NCBI GenBank assembly: GCA_030390025.1 | Contig: JASTWF010000034.1 | Coordinates: 2,790,001-2,854,000 of the forward strand | DNA length: 64,000 nucleotides | Reading direction: 5' to 3' | Origin: Squalus acanthias | Lineage: Eukaryota | Made by a program: the position numbers and the translations under genes | Notes under the pieces: model-generated | Seen by the model: only the letters and a program-made list of their open reading frames with translations | Database searches by the model: none | What the model was told of the DNA's origin: nothing | Shown here: piece by piece, positions 51,026-64,000 of the stretch | Layout: every line of letters starts with the position of its first letter | Numbering within the stretch: position 1 is the first letter of the stretch

Positions 51026-51354
51026 GGTAGAGCACGGGTTGGATACAGATTAAAGCTTTCTCTACACTGTCCCATCAAACATTCACTGGGTTGGTGCAGC
51101 ATTGTGAGAGACAGATTAATGATCTAACAATGCTACCCGTAAAACACAAGCTGGGCAAGTGCAGCATGGGTTAGATACAGATTAAAGCTCTCTCAACCCG
51201 GTCTCACCAAACACACCCAGGCCAGGTACAGCACCGTTGCTCTCTCTGTCTCTCTCTTTCAGTGTCACTCTGCCTCTGTTATGGCAGGCACAGCATGAAT
51301 TAGATACTTCTACACTGCCCCAACAATCATTTCCCCCAGAATAGATCAACATAA

Positions 51355-52100
51355 AGAACTGTGTGGAAATAGTTTTAATTTGTATCTAAACTGTGCTGTA
51401 CTTGCCCTACGAGTGTTTGATGGGACAGTGTAGAGGGAGCTTTACTCTGTATCTAACGCGTGCTGTACCTGTCCTGGCAGTGTTTGATGGAACAGTGTAG
51501 AGCGAGATTTACTCTGTATCTATCCCGTGCTGTACATGCCCTGGGAGTGTTTGATGGAACAGTTTAGAGCAAGATTTACTCTGTATCTATCCCGTGCTGT
51601 ACCTGCCCCGGGAGTGTTTGATGGGACAGTGTAGAGAGAGTTTTACTCTGTATCTAACCCGTGCTGTACCTGCCCTGGGAGTGTTTGATGGGACGGTGTA
51701 GAGGGAGATTTACTCTGGATCTATCCCGTGCTGTACCTGCCCTGGGAGTGTTTGATGGGACGGTGTAGAGGGAGATTTACTCTGTATCTAACCCGTGCTG
51801 TACCGGCCCTGGGAGTGTTGGATGTGACGGTGTAGAGGGAGGTTTACTCTTTATCTAACCCGTGCTGTACCTGCACCGGGAGTGTTTGATGGGACTGTGT
51901 AGAGAGAATTTTACTCTGTATCTAACCCATGTTGTACCTGCAATGGGAGTGTTTGATGGGACGGTGTAGAGGGAGATTTACTCTGTATCTATCCCATGCT
52001 GTACCTGCCATGGGTGTGTTTGATATGATAGTGTGGAGGGAGCTTTACTCTGTATCTAACCCGTGCTGTACCAACCCTGGGAGTGTTTGATGGGACCGTG
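51355..52100. repeat. 67-bp satellite, about 11 units; related blocks in both orientations between 32.4 and 60.9 kb
   Basis: Unit tttactctgtatctaacccgtgctgtacctgccctgggagtgtttgatgggacagtgtagagggagc. Confidence 0.95.
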
Positions 52101-52379
52101 TAAACAGGGAGCTAAACTGGGACCATTTTCCTCATTCGCAGAACATAACGGTGCTTCATAATAGACGTGTTAGCAAAATTGAAGACTATGGGATTAAAGG
52201 GACAGTGTGCAAGTGGATACATCATTTATTAAGAGATCAAAAGCAGAGAGTAGTTGTGAAGAGTTGTTTTTCAGACTGGAGGGAAGTATACCGTAGTGTT
52301 CCCCAGATGTCGATATGTGCACCACTGCTCGTTTTGATATATATATTAATGACCTGGACTTGGGTATACAGGGCACAAT

Positions 52380-52840
52380 GGCTCCTGGGTTTGGGAGGGT
52401 AAGTTTCAGCCAGGGTTCCAAATCCTGATGATCGTCCAGTGGCTCCTGGGTTTGAGAGGGTGGGATTGAGCTCCTGATCACTGTTCAGTGACCCCTGGGC
52501 TTGAGAGGATGGGATTTTGCCACGGTTCATGCTCCTGATCACTGTCCAGAGATCCCTGGTTTATAGAGAGGAACAATCATCCAGGGTTCCTGCTCCTGAT
52601 CACTGTTCAGTGACCCCTGGGTTGGAGAGGGTGGCATTTTGCCAGCGTTCCTGCTCATGATAGCTGTTCAGTAGCCCCTGGATTTGAGAGGATTGGCTTT
52701 TGCCAGTGTTCCTGCTCCTGATCACTGTCTAGTGGCCCCTCGATTTGAGAGGGTGGGATTTTGCCAGGTTCCTGCTTCTGATCACTATCCAGTGACCCCT
52801 GGGTTTGAGAGGTTTTGATTTTGACAGGGTTCCTGCTTCC
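52380..52840. repeat. ~61-bp minisatellite
   Basis: Unit cctgctcctgatcactgtycagtgacccctgggtttgagagggtgggattttgccagggtt. Confidence 0.88.
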
Positions 52841-52911
52841 GATATAATTGAATATATAATAAAATCAGATGATTCACAATACTACACTGTTCCATCAAAC
52901 ACTCCCAGCAC

Positions 52912-53808
52912 GCATAGAAACATAGAAACATAGAAGATAGGAACAGGAGTAGACCAGAGGGCCCCACAAGCCTGCTCCGCCATTTAATGAGATCATGGCT
53001 GATCATCCAAATTCAGTACCCTGTCCCTGCTTTCTCCCCATATCCCTTGATCCCTTTAGCCTTAAGAAATATATCTAACTCCTTCTTGAATATATTTAAT
53101 GAATTGGCCTCAACTGCCTTCTGTGGTAGAGAATTCCACAGGTTCACCACTCTTTGGGTGAAAAAGCTCCTCCTCATCTCAGTCCTAAATGGCTTATCCC
53201 TTATCCTTAGACTGTGACCCCTGGTTCTGGACTCCCCGACCATCGGGAACATCCTTCCTGCATCTAGTCTGTCCAGTCCTGTCAGAATTTTATAAGTTTC
53301 AATGAGATCCCCTCTCATTCTTCTAATCTCTAGCGAATACAAGCCCAATCGATCCAATCTCTCCTCATACGTCATTCCTGCCATCCCAGGTATTAGTCTG
53401 GTGAATCTTTGCTCCATGGCAAGAACATCCTTCCTCAGATAAGGCGACCAAAACAGCACACAACACTGAAGGTGTGGTCTCACCAAAGCCCTGTACAACT
53501 GCAGCAAGACATCCTTGCTCCTGTACTCGAATCCTCTCGCTATGAAGGCCAACATACCATTTGCCTTCCTAACCGCCTGCTGCACCAGCATGCTTACCTT
53601 CAACGACTGGTGCACAAGGACTCCCAGGTCTCGTTGCACTTCCCCTTTTCCCAATCTATTGCCGTTCAGATAATAATCTGCTTTCCTGTTTTTGCCACCA
53701 AAGTGGATAACCTCGCATTTATCCACAGTATACTGCATCTGCCATGGATCTGCCCAATCACCCAACTTGTCCCGATCATACTGGAGTTTCTCTGCATCCT
53801 CCTCACAG
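52912..53808 (-). mobile_element. Young 5'-truncated CR1
   Basis: 250-aa open C-terminal ORF2; reverse tail catagaaacatagaaacatag. Confidence 0.95.
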
Positions 53809-54889
53809 GCCTTGTCAGGTAAAGATTAAAGCACACTGTACACTCTCCCATCAAACACTCCTGCGGCAGTTACAGCACGGGTTAGATAGAAAGTAAACAC
53901 CCACTACACAGTCCCATCAAACACTCCAAGGACAGGTACAGCTAGGTGTAGATACAGAGTAAAGCTGCCTCAATACCGTCCCATCAAAAATCCTAGGGCA
54001 GGTACAGCACGGGCTAGATACAGAGTAAAGCTACCTTCACATTCTCCAATCAAACACTCCCCGGACAGGTAGAACCTCAGACTTTTGCCAGGGAGAGAGA
54101 TGGAGTCGGTGGACACATAGCATGTATAGTACCAGATAAGAGTGAATCTTTCCCTTTTTCTCAATGTTTACTGCACATGTACAGGAGCTGACACTGAGAC
54201 ACACACAGTGTACAGTACCAGACGGGAGTGCATCATTCCCTTTTACCTGGTGTGTACTGTACATGTACAGGAGCTGACACTGAAACACACATGGTCCGTA
54301 CTGTACCAGATAAGTGTGTATAGTTCTCTTTTAGAAAAGCACTCCTAGGGCAGGTACAGTACGGTTAGATACAGATTAACGCTCCCATACACTGCCCCGT
54401 CCAACTCTCCCAAGGCAAGTACAGCAAGGGTTAGATAAAGATTTTTTCCCAAACACTGCCCCATCAAACATTCCACAGCATGTGCACCCCATGTTAGATA
54501 TAGATTAATACTCCGTCTACACTGTCTCATCAAACACTTTGTGGGCAGTGTTGTGGGAGCTTTCCTTTGTTTCGAACACTCTCTGTACTTACCCTGAGTA
54601 TGTTTGGTGGGACAGTTTAGTGGGAGCTTTATTCTGTCCCTCACCCGTGCTACACCAGCCCTGGTATAGTCTCTCTTGTGGATCTCAGCACTCCCATTCA
54701 GTGCAGTGAAGAGGGAATCCTGCCCATCTGTCAACAAGTGAGAGGAGGCTTAGAAGGTGACGGGATTGGTGGTAGGGTTGAAAGAACACATCCGATAGAT
54801 CAATTTGAAACATAAATGGATGTTATTTCCAGAAATATCAAAGTATCCAGAAAATACAGTCGTTCTTATGCTCTGTCATAACTTTCTCT

Positions 54890-56140
54890 GTGTACAGTCT
54901 GTCCCTCTCCCAATGTGGAGTCTGACTCTGTAACAAGTGTCCCTGTGTACAGTGTGTCTCTCCCAGTGTGGAGTCGGGCTCTGTAACAAATGTCCCTGTG
55001 TACAGTGTGAGTCTCTGATGGTGTGGAGTCGGACTCTGTAACAAGTGTCACTGTATAAAATTTGTGTCTCTCCCAGTGTGTAGTCGGACTCTGTAACAAG
55101 TGTCCCTGTGTACACTTTGTGTCTCTCCCAGTGTGTAGTCGGACTCTGTGACAAGTGTCACTGTGTACAGTATGTGTCTCTGCCAGTGTGGAGTCGGACT
55201 CTGTAACAAGTGTCCCTGTGTACAGTGTGGAGTCGGAATCTGGAGCAAGTGTCCCTGTGTAAACTGGCTGTCGCGCATAATAATGAACATGCCCGCCGCA
55301 CATATTCATTAAAATGGCCCGAGCCCGTGTCACTTAAAATGGCCGCCGCTCATATCACTTAAAATGGCCGGCGTACTTCTTACATAAAATAGCTGCCACG
55401 GATATCACATAAAATCGCTGCCACGAGTAGATGTCACTTAAAATGGCCGCCACAGATAGATATCACTTAAAATGGCCACGGAGATGGATAACGCTTAAAA
55501 TGGCTGCCGTAGATAGATACCTCTTTAAATGGCCGCCACTAGTAGATATCACTTAAAAAACCACCGTGCATATCATTGAATCGTCAAATTCATCGCTCTT
55601 CACGGAAACAGAAGCATTGTTCTAGAATTAAAACAAGCCTTTACACAGGTTCACGTTGATAACTTTAATTTCCACTCGCGGTGGGGAGCATCTCTCTCCC
55701 GCACCACAGGTTAACGTGTTTGTGTCACATTGGAAGGCCAGGGCTACTTTAAACCTAGGCTCTCCCAGTGTCTCTCCCAGTGTGGAGTCGGACGCTGTAA
55801 CAAGTGTCCCTGTATTATGTGTGAGTCTCTGCTGGTGTGGAGTCGGGCTCTGTAAGATGTGTCCCTGTGTACAGTGTATCTCTCCCAGTGTGGAGTCGGA
55901 CTCTGTAACAAGTGTCCCTGTGTACAGTGTGTGTATCTCCCAGTGTGGAGTCGGACTCTGTAACAAGTGTCCCTGTGTACAGTGTGTGTGTCTCCCATTG
56001 TGGAGTCAGACTCTGTAAGAAGTGTCCCTGTGTACACTGTGTCTCTCCCAGTGTGGAGTCAGACTCTGTAAGAAGTGTCCCTGTGTACAGCTTGTGTCTC
56101 TCCCAGTGTGGAGTCGGACTCTGTAACAAGTGCCCCTCTG
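54890..56140. repeat. ~55-bp minisatellite in two blocks (54890-55260 and 55760-56140)
   Basis: Unit cccagtgtggagtcggactctgtaacaagtgtccctgtgtacagtgtgtgtctct. Confidence 0.92.
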
Positions 56141-56164
56141 TTTTCTGGCCACCGCGCATATTAT

Positions 56165-58048
56165 GAATATTTTGTATCAGTCTTTACAGTAGAGGACACT
56201 AAGAATATCCCAACACTGGACAAACAGGGGGCTATAGGGGGAGAGGAGCTAAACACGATCAAAATCACTAAGGAAGTGGTACTCGGTAAAATAATGGGAC
56301 TCAAGGCGGATAAATCACCTGGACCTGATGGCTTACATCCTAGAGTCTTGAAGGAAGTGGCGGTAGGGATTGTAGATGCATTGGTAATAATTTTTCAAAA
56401 CTCCCTGGATTCCGCTAAGGTCCCGGCAGACTGGAAAACTGCTAATGTAACACCCTTATTTAAAAAGGGCAGTAGACAGAAGGCTGGTAACTATAGACCG
56501 GTTAGCCTAACATCTGTGGTAGGTAAAATTTTGGAGTCCATTATTAAGGAAACAGTAACAGGACATTTGGATAATCATAATTTAATAGGACAAAGTCAGC
56601 ATGGTTTTACGAAGGGGAAGTCATGTTTGACAAATTTGCTGGAGTTCTTTGAGGAAGTAACATATAGAGTGGATAAAGGGGAACCAGTGGACGTAGTGTA
56701 TTTAGACTTCCAAAAGGCATTTGACAAGGTGCCACACAAAAGATTATTGCTTAAGGTAAAAAATCACGGGATTGGGGGTAATATTCTGGCATGGATAGAG
56801 GATTGGCTATCTAACAGAAAGCAAAGAGTTGGGATAAATGGTTCATTCTCAGACTGGCAATCAGTAACTAGTGGTGTTCCACAGGGGTCAGTGCTGGGTC
56901 CCCAACTCTTCACAATCTATATTAACGATTTGGAGGAAGGGACCAAGTGTAACATATCAAAATTTGCAGATGATACAAAGATGGGAGGGAAAGTAGTGAG
57001 TGAGGAGGACATAAAAAACCTGCAAGGGGACATAGACAGGCTAAGTAAGTGGGCAGAGATTTGGCAGATGGAATACAACACTGGAAAGTGTGAGGTGATG
57101 CACTTTGGCAGGAAAAATCCTAGAGCAATTTATTATCTTAATGGCAAGAAACTGGAGAGTACTGAAGTGCAAAGGGATCTGGGGGTCCTGGTGCACGAAA
57201 CTCAAAAGGTTAGTATGCAGGTGCAGCAAGTGATTAAGAAGGCAAATGGAATGTTGGCTTTCATTGCTAGGGGGATAGAATATAAAAATAGGGAGGTATT
57301 GCTTCAGTTGTACAAGGTATTGGTGAGACCGCACCTGGAATACTGCATACAGTTTTGGTGTCCTTACTTAAGGAAAGACATCCTTGCTCTCGAGGCAGTG
57401 CAAAAAAGGTTCACTCGGTTAATCCCGGGGATGAGGGGGTGGTCATATGAGGAGAGGTTGGGTAGATTGGGACTCTACTCATTGGAGTTCAGAAGAATGA
57501 GAGGCGATCTTATTGAAACATATAAGATTGTGAAGGGGTTGGATCGGGTGGATGCGGGGAGGATGTTCCCGATGACGGGTGAGACGAGAACTAGGGGACA
57601 TAGTCTTAGAATAAGGGGCTGCTCTTTCAAAACTGAGATGAGGAGGAACTACTTCACTCAGAGGGTGGTAGGTCCATGGAATATGCTGCCACAAAAAGCT
57701 GTAGAAGCTACAACATTAATTACATTTAAAACAGAAATAGACAGTTTCCTAGAAGTAAAGGGCATTAAGGGTTACGGGGAGCGGGCAGGAATTTGGACAT
57801 GAGTCTAGGTTCGGATCGGTCATGGCCCTGTGGGTAGTGGAGCGGGCCCAGGGACTGTGTAGCCTGATTCTGCTCCTATTTCGTGTGTGCAATTCTGTTA
57901 GATGCAGGAGATGGTTCTGTGATAGATAGTAGATTGGCGGTTAGGATCAGATCAGCCATGATCTTATTGAATGGCGGAGCAGGCTCGAGGGGCCGATTGG
58001 CCTACTCCTGCTCCTATTTCTTATGTTCTTATGTTCTTATGTTCTTAT
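56165..58048 (+). mobile_element. Young 5'-truncated CR1 with uninterrupted RT domain
   Basis: Open to 57802 with KSPGPDG, QHGF, GVPQGSVLGP, FADD; same subfamily as 37330-41220; tail (ttcttatg)3. Confidence 0.95.
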
Positions 58049-59594
58049 TACTTAAAATTGCCACTACGGATGTCGAATAAAATCACTGCCAGGAATAGCT
58101 GTCACTTAAAATGCACGCCACGGATAGATATCACTTAAAATGCCCGCCACGGATAGATATCATTTAAAATGGCCACCACAGATAGATATCATTTAAAAAG
58201 CTCGCCACGGATAGATATCACTTAAAATGGCCACCGTGCATATAACTTAACCATCAAATTCATCACATTGCCCGGAAACAGAAGCATTACATGGAATTAT
58301 AACAAGCTTTCCACAGGTTCACGTTGCTAACTTTAATTTCCACTCGGGGTGGGGGCTCTCTCTGTCTCGCTCCGCGGGTTAACGTGATTCTGTCACATTG
58401 CAAGGCCAGGGTTACATTAACACTAGGCTTTAAACTTCTTTAAAACTCAAGGGCCGCAGCCAACAGGAACAAGTTAACACGAGGCACCAGAAACTCAGGT
58501 TCCGCGACAGGAAATGAAACCCCGGGGTAATAAACAGATACAAACTCACGTGGGCCCATTGGGTGCAGCCTCAGTGTGAAGGCCTCAGTTTGTCCACTGC
58601 GGAGGAAGATACCACAGGGAGTAGTTGAGGCGAATAAAAGAGATGCATTCAAGGGGAAGCTAGATAAGCAGATGAGGGAGAAGGGATTCGAGGTTTATGC
58701 TGATAGAGTTAGATGAGAAACGATGGGAGGAGGCTTGAGTGGAGCATAAATGCCAGCGTGGACTGGTTGGGCCGAATGGCCTGTTTCTGTGCCGTGTATG
58801 CTATGCATTTCTATTTAATTATATGTAATTTTAGTAAATCGCTTCTGCACCCTCTCCAAGGCCTTGACATCATTCCTTGAAGTGTGGTGCCCAGAACTGA
58901 ACACAGTACTCCAGCTGGGGCCTAATCAGTGTTTTATAAAGGGCCTATTTGTCACAGAATGCCACACCACCATAATCAAGCTGGAGTGTTGTATTGCAGT
59001 TTGTTTGGCGTTATGTGTGTTTCAAGGGGTGACTCCTTCATCCTTTGTCAATTTTTTTCCCCATTCAGAACTGCAATGCCATGTTGTGACCTCGCAGCTT
59101 AAAGATGGGCTGCCAGAGTCGGAGCTGAATTCTGGGAATAAAAACAGATTAAAAATAAAACGGCCAACAAGCAGGTAAATAAATATAACAAAAAACATAT
59201 GAACAGATCCGCAAAATGTAGAACTTAACGCAGACAGGAAACAGCTGGCAGAATTCTGATCTCCGCAACAAATTCCTGATAGCACCTCGACACCCTTACC
59301 CAACAAAAATCCATCGATTTCCGCCTTGAAAGCATCCATAGCCTTTTTGGGGGAAGCGAGTTCCAGATTTCCTCTTTCACGAAGCACTGCGACACATAAA
59401 GTCTACCTCGCTGACAATAGGATCAGTTTAGGGAAGAACCTTTAACTGATGGGGGCAACATTTCGCCCATTACCCAACTGCAGTGCAACTGGAAGCCGCT
59501 GGGCCCACTGACCCACACCACTGATTCGGTTACATTGGCCTCAGGGCTAACGGACGAGCTGGACGTGTCGTGCTCCTGCATGGTTCTTGCAAAC

Positions 59595-60450
59595 CATTTC
59601 TTGCAGATAAGGACTCATGGGGTTTGGGGATAATATATTAGCTTGGATAGAGCATAGGTTAACGGACAGAAAACAGAGGGATATTTACTCTGTATCTAAG
59701 CCGTGCTGTACCTGCCCCGGCAGAGGCAGGGAGACAGAGAGACAGAGAGAGTAGGGATAACCAGGTCATTTTCCAGTCGGCAGACTATAAGTAGTGGGGT
59801 GCCGCAAGAATCCGTGTTTGGGCCTCAGCTATTTACAATCTATATTGACGACTTAGATGAAGGGACCGAGTGCAATGTAACCAAGTTTGCTGACGATACA
59901 AAGCTAGGTGGGACAGTAAGCTGTGTGGAGCACACAAAGAGATATTGACAGGTTAATTGAGTGGGTAATAAGGTGGCAGATGGAGTATAATGTGGAGAAA
60001 AGTAACGTTATTCATTTTGGTAGGAAGAATAGAAAAAAAAGTATTTTTAAATGGTGAGAAACTATTAAATGTTGGTGTTCAGAGAGATTTAGTTGTCCTC
60101 TCACAGGAAACACAGAAATTTAGCATGCAGGTACTGAAAGCAATTAGGAAGGCAATGGCATGTTGGCCTTTATTGCAAGTGGGTTGGAGTGTAAGAGTAA
60201 GGAAATCTTACTTTAATTGTACAGGGATTTGGTGAGACCACACCTGCTGTGCACAGTTTTGGTCTCCTAATCTGAGGAATGAGGTTCTTGCCTCAGAGGC
60301 TGTGCAACGAAGGTTTACTAGATTGATTCCTGTGATGAAAGGGTTGTCCTATGAGGAGATTGAGTAGACTGGGCCTATACTCTCTGGAGTTTAGAAGAAT
60401 GAGAGGTGATGTCATTGAAATATATAAGATTCTGAGTGGGATTGACAGGG
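59595..60450 (+). mobile_element. Degenerate CR1 RT fragment
   Basis: SGVPQESVFGP, FADDTKLGG. Confidence 0.85.
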
Positions 60451-60869
60451 TATACAGCATGGGTTAGATACAGAGTAATGCACCCTCTACTCTGTCCCAT
60501 CAAACAATCTTTGTCACTCGCTCATTCTGCCCCTCAATCTCCCGCTGTCTTTCTATTTCTCTCTCTCTCTCCCTCTCTCTCCAGATACTCGTTTCTGTCA
60601 CACTCACTCTGTCCAACTCTCTCTCCTTCTCTTCCTCTTTCTCTGTGTCATTGTCTGTCTCTCCCTCTCTCTCTCTGTCCTCCTCTCTCCCTGCCACCCT
60701 CACTCTGTCCGTCAGTCTCTCTCTGCTTCTCTCCCTCTCTCTGTCTCTCTCTCCGTCTTCCTGCCTCTGTTAGGGGCGGTACAACATGGGTTAGATAAAG
60801 GGTAGATCTCCCTCTACACAGGCCCATCAAACACTCCCAGGGCAGGTAAAGCACGGGATAGGACACACA

Positions 60870-62517
60870 TATAAACATATGAACAATGACGGACAATTAA
60901 AGACCATTTGGTCCATCGAGCCTGTCCCACACAATTGAGGTCCCTTGTGTATCACAACATATACGCTCCACCCCACCGGAAACCATGTGATATCCTGGGA
61001 GAGGCGAAAAACGCAGGCCAATTTGGGGAAAATAAACCAGGGAAATTCCTCTCTAACCCATCTAGGCAATGGAAACTAATCCAGGAGATCACTCTGGCCC
61101 TGAATTCCCCTCCGTACCTGCCTTCTGTAAGAGGTGATCTCCGCCCCAGCCAGAAGCAGGTCCAGCTCTCGCTTCAAGGAATTCAGTGTTCCGCATTCAC
61201 CACATGAGTAGGCAGCCTGTCTGGGAAACGAACCACCTCCTGACATCTAATCTAGATGTAGACTCATACAACTTCAGTTAGTGAGCCCTGGTCCTGCCTA
61301 ATTGAAATAAACTGCCAGCTGGTACAAAATCTATTCCCTTCATTAACTTATAAACCTCAATCAGATCTCCGCTAAGTCTACGCTTCTCTAAGGTAGAACA
61401 TCCCAACCCTTTTAGCCTTTCTTGATGACTAAGACACTTTACACTGGGAATTAGTCTAGTGGCTCCTCCTCTGTACCCTTTCCAAAGCCTCAATATCACC
61501 CACCATGTGAGGAGATCAAAACTGGGCACAATATTTCAAGTGTGGCCTGACTAATGTCCTTTACAAGGAAAAACAGTATGCCTCGCCCTGTACTCGATTG
61601 TCCTATGGATACGCCCCAACACCCTATTTGCTCTAGCTATCGCTGCACAGCTTTGCTCATGTACCTTTAAGGATGTATGCACTATCTGTAATGCCTTTCC
61701 CTGAAGGGTGTATGAATGTTTAGCATTTGCCCTTCCCACATGCATAACACTGCACGTATTTAAGTTATACATCATTTTCCAGTCTTGAGACCAATCACCC
61801 AACAGATTAAGATCTGGCTGAAGCGGACGATCATCATCTACAGTTCTAACACTCGCACAATTCTTGGTATCATCTGCAAATTTTCAGATTGTGCCCCCAA
61901 CACCTACATCCAGATCATTAATAAAAATAGTAAAGCGCAACACTCCCAACACTGATCCCTGTGGGACACCACTGATGACCGGTCTCCAAACAGTTCCCAA
62001 TCCATCTATAACTACTTTTTTGCCTACGTCCTGCCATCCAGTTCTGAATCCAGCTCAATATATTACCACTAATACCAGAGTATTTGATCTTATAGAGAAG
62101 CCTCTTATGCGGTACCTTATCCACCAACTTTGTAACTTCTTCAAAAATACAATTAGATTTGTAAGACATGACCGCCTTGTTATGAAGTAATGTTGGGTGT
62201 CCCTAATATGACCCTCTCTATCCAAGTATTCATATATTGCATCCTTAATGATTCCTTCAAGCATATTACCTATTACTGATGTTAAACTAATGGGCCTATA
62301 CTTACCCGGGTCTGTCTTGTCACCTTTTGTAACGATGTGGACTACATTAGCCTCCTTGCAGTCTACAGGAACCATTCCAGAGTGCAGTAAGGTTTTAAAA
62401 ATACAGGCTCGGGTCCAGCAAAGCACATGCCCCATCTCCCTGAGGACTGTCGAGTGGATACCATCCGGCCCGGCTGCTCCATCTATTTTCAAGTTCTTAA
62501 TTATTTCTAAAACAATC
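60870..62517 (-). mobile_element. CR1 of a distinct subfamily, interrupted by the Gypsy LTR
   Basis: AAGPDGIH, YRPISLTSV, LEKRRLSGDL; different 3' UTR. Confidence 0.85.
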
Positions 62518-62715
62518 TGTGTTTGGTAACACAATACAGCTTCCTGTGACTCGAACTTTATTGCATCACTTCCTGTGATTAGTCCAGGATAAATACTGGA
62601 CTGATCAGTTGGATCCTGGAGAGGCATAGAGTAAGACCTCTTTTGTATGTAGCACCTTTTTAGTTGATTAAAGCTTACTTTAAGTTCACCACGCGTAAGG
62701 CTCATTCTTACGACA
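62518..62715 (+). mobile_element. Putative 5' LTR (~200 bp) of a Gypsy element
   Basis: TGT...ACA termini between the CR1 break and the gag leader; ATTAAA at 62667; partner LTR lies outside the window. Confidence 0.6.
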
Positions 62716-62793
62716 ATTTAATCAACTTTGAAAAACTTCGCACTCAAACTTTTTAGACGAACTCGGAACTAAGGATCCAGGGAATCACCCATC

Positions 62794-64000
62794 ATGGAAA
62801 ACATCCTTAAACCATCGCGTCTTGACTTGGACCCAAACACCCCAGCAGCGGTAAGGTGTGGAAACACTGGTATCGCACGTTTGACAATTTTCTCGAATAT
62901 TGCAATGCTGATGGTGACTCAAAGTTGCGGATACTCATCAACTGTGTCACCCCGAATGTATTTCAGTATGTGGAGGAATGGGGCAGTTACGAGAAGGCAA
63001 TTCGGACGCTTAAAAGGCTATATACTAAGACACCGAATGAGGTCTATGCCAGACATCTACTAGGTACAGCCCAACAAGGGCCGGAGGAATCCATTGATAA
63101 ATTCCTCCAAGAGCTTCGCAGACTTAGTATGGACTGTAACTTTCAGGCGGCCTCAGCTGAGCTGTACCGTGAAGAAATGATCCGTGATGCTTTCATCTGC
63201 GGGCTTGCCTCCCCATTTATACGCCAGCGTCTACTGGAAAGTAAGACACTTGAGCTTCAGAGAGCTTATGACATGGCTTGCTCTCTAGATCTGGCAAAAA
63301 GAAATGCAGACCTTTATACAGTGCCCAGACCTCGGTCTGCTGCCTTAACTACAGTCAGGCAATTTAAGAGGCCACAGGTGAACTCTATTAGGGAGGACTT
63401 TATCCCTGACGATCAATCTGATGACTTCACTGATGAAGAGGATGATGACCCCACTGTGGCAGCCTCTTGGCAATCTAAGAAATGCTTCTTTTGTGGTGAT
63501 GAGTTTCACCCTCGGAAATTCTGCCCTGCTCGCAATGCGTTTTGCAGTCATTGCAACAAAAAGGGTCATTTTGCAAAGGTTTGCCTATCAAGAGCCTCTA
63601 CGAGGGCTTATCAAGCTAAGTCCTACCGAACTGCCCCGGTAAGGGCCTATCAAGATGTTCCGGCTAAAATCTATCGTGCTTCCTCTCGGGTTTTCTCTCG
63701 AAGAAACACACCTAGAGTTTCAGCCACTCTTTGTGCAACGACACCAATTACAGCTGCTTGTCCTCAGAACCTATTCCATGCAGCTACAAAAGCATCAATT
63801 AATGGACATACTTTAGATGCCTTAATTGACTCAGGTAGCACTGATAGTTTCATTAGGGAACAGATTGTTGCAGAGTTAAAGCTACATGTTTTCCCATCGG
63901 ACCAGGCAATTGCGATGGCTCAGTCATCACTTAATACCAGAATTTCTGGCTTTTGTATGGTTGAAATAACACTTAATGGTCACAGGTATCCCTCCACCCG
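62794..64000 (+). mobile_element. gag-pol: Ty3/Gypsy gag-pro ORF running off the window; one frameshift near 62851
   Basis: MENILKPSRLDLDP, then a frame open from 62859 to the end by manual translation: WKHWYRTF, IRDAFICG, CFFCGDEFHPRKFC, CSHCNKKGHFAKVC, LIDSGSTDSFI. Confidence 0.92.

Noticed and set aside
56075..57802. 575-aa RT ORF as an active autonomous element or host gene
   Set aside because: 5'-truncated CR1 lacking endonuclease, ORF1 and promoter; the ORF start lies in satellite sequence
62840..62862. Programmed frameshift in Gypsy gag
   Set aside because: No slippery heptamer; a single-base loss about 20 codons into gag is better explained by mutation or sequencing error

Overview
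Repeat-dense vertebrate genomic DNA, most likely from a cartilaginous fish (inferred from the CR1 subfamilies, the satellites and the GPR139-like receptor type). Most of the window is nested CR1-group LINE fragments. It also holds L2 remnants, a tRNA-derived SINE, a decayed PIF/Harbinger transposon with non-autonomous relatives, three Penelope-type terminal fragments carrying hammerhead-like cores, two solo LTRs, an internally deleted ERV-like provirus with a 5-bp TSD, the 5' end of a Gypsy element, and about nine tandem-repeat families. The only host coding sequence is a two-exon GPR139-like class A GPCR. Its phase-compatible exon 1 (9804-10026, minus) and exon 2 (17060-17925, plus) lie on opposite strands. 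Other highlights are a Tf1-style self-priming signature in the Gypsy LTR and tandem arrays built from YY1 and E2F/B-box-like motifs. Element boundaries were read by eye and are approximate unless a TSD or splice site is quoted.
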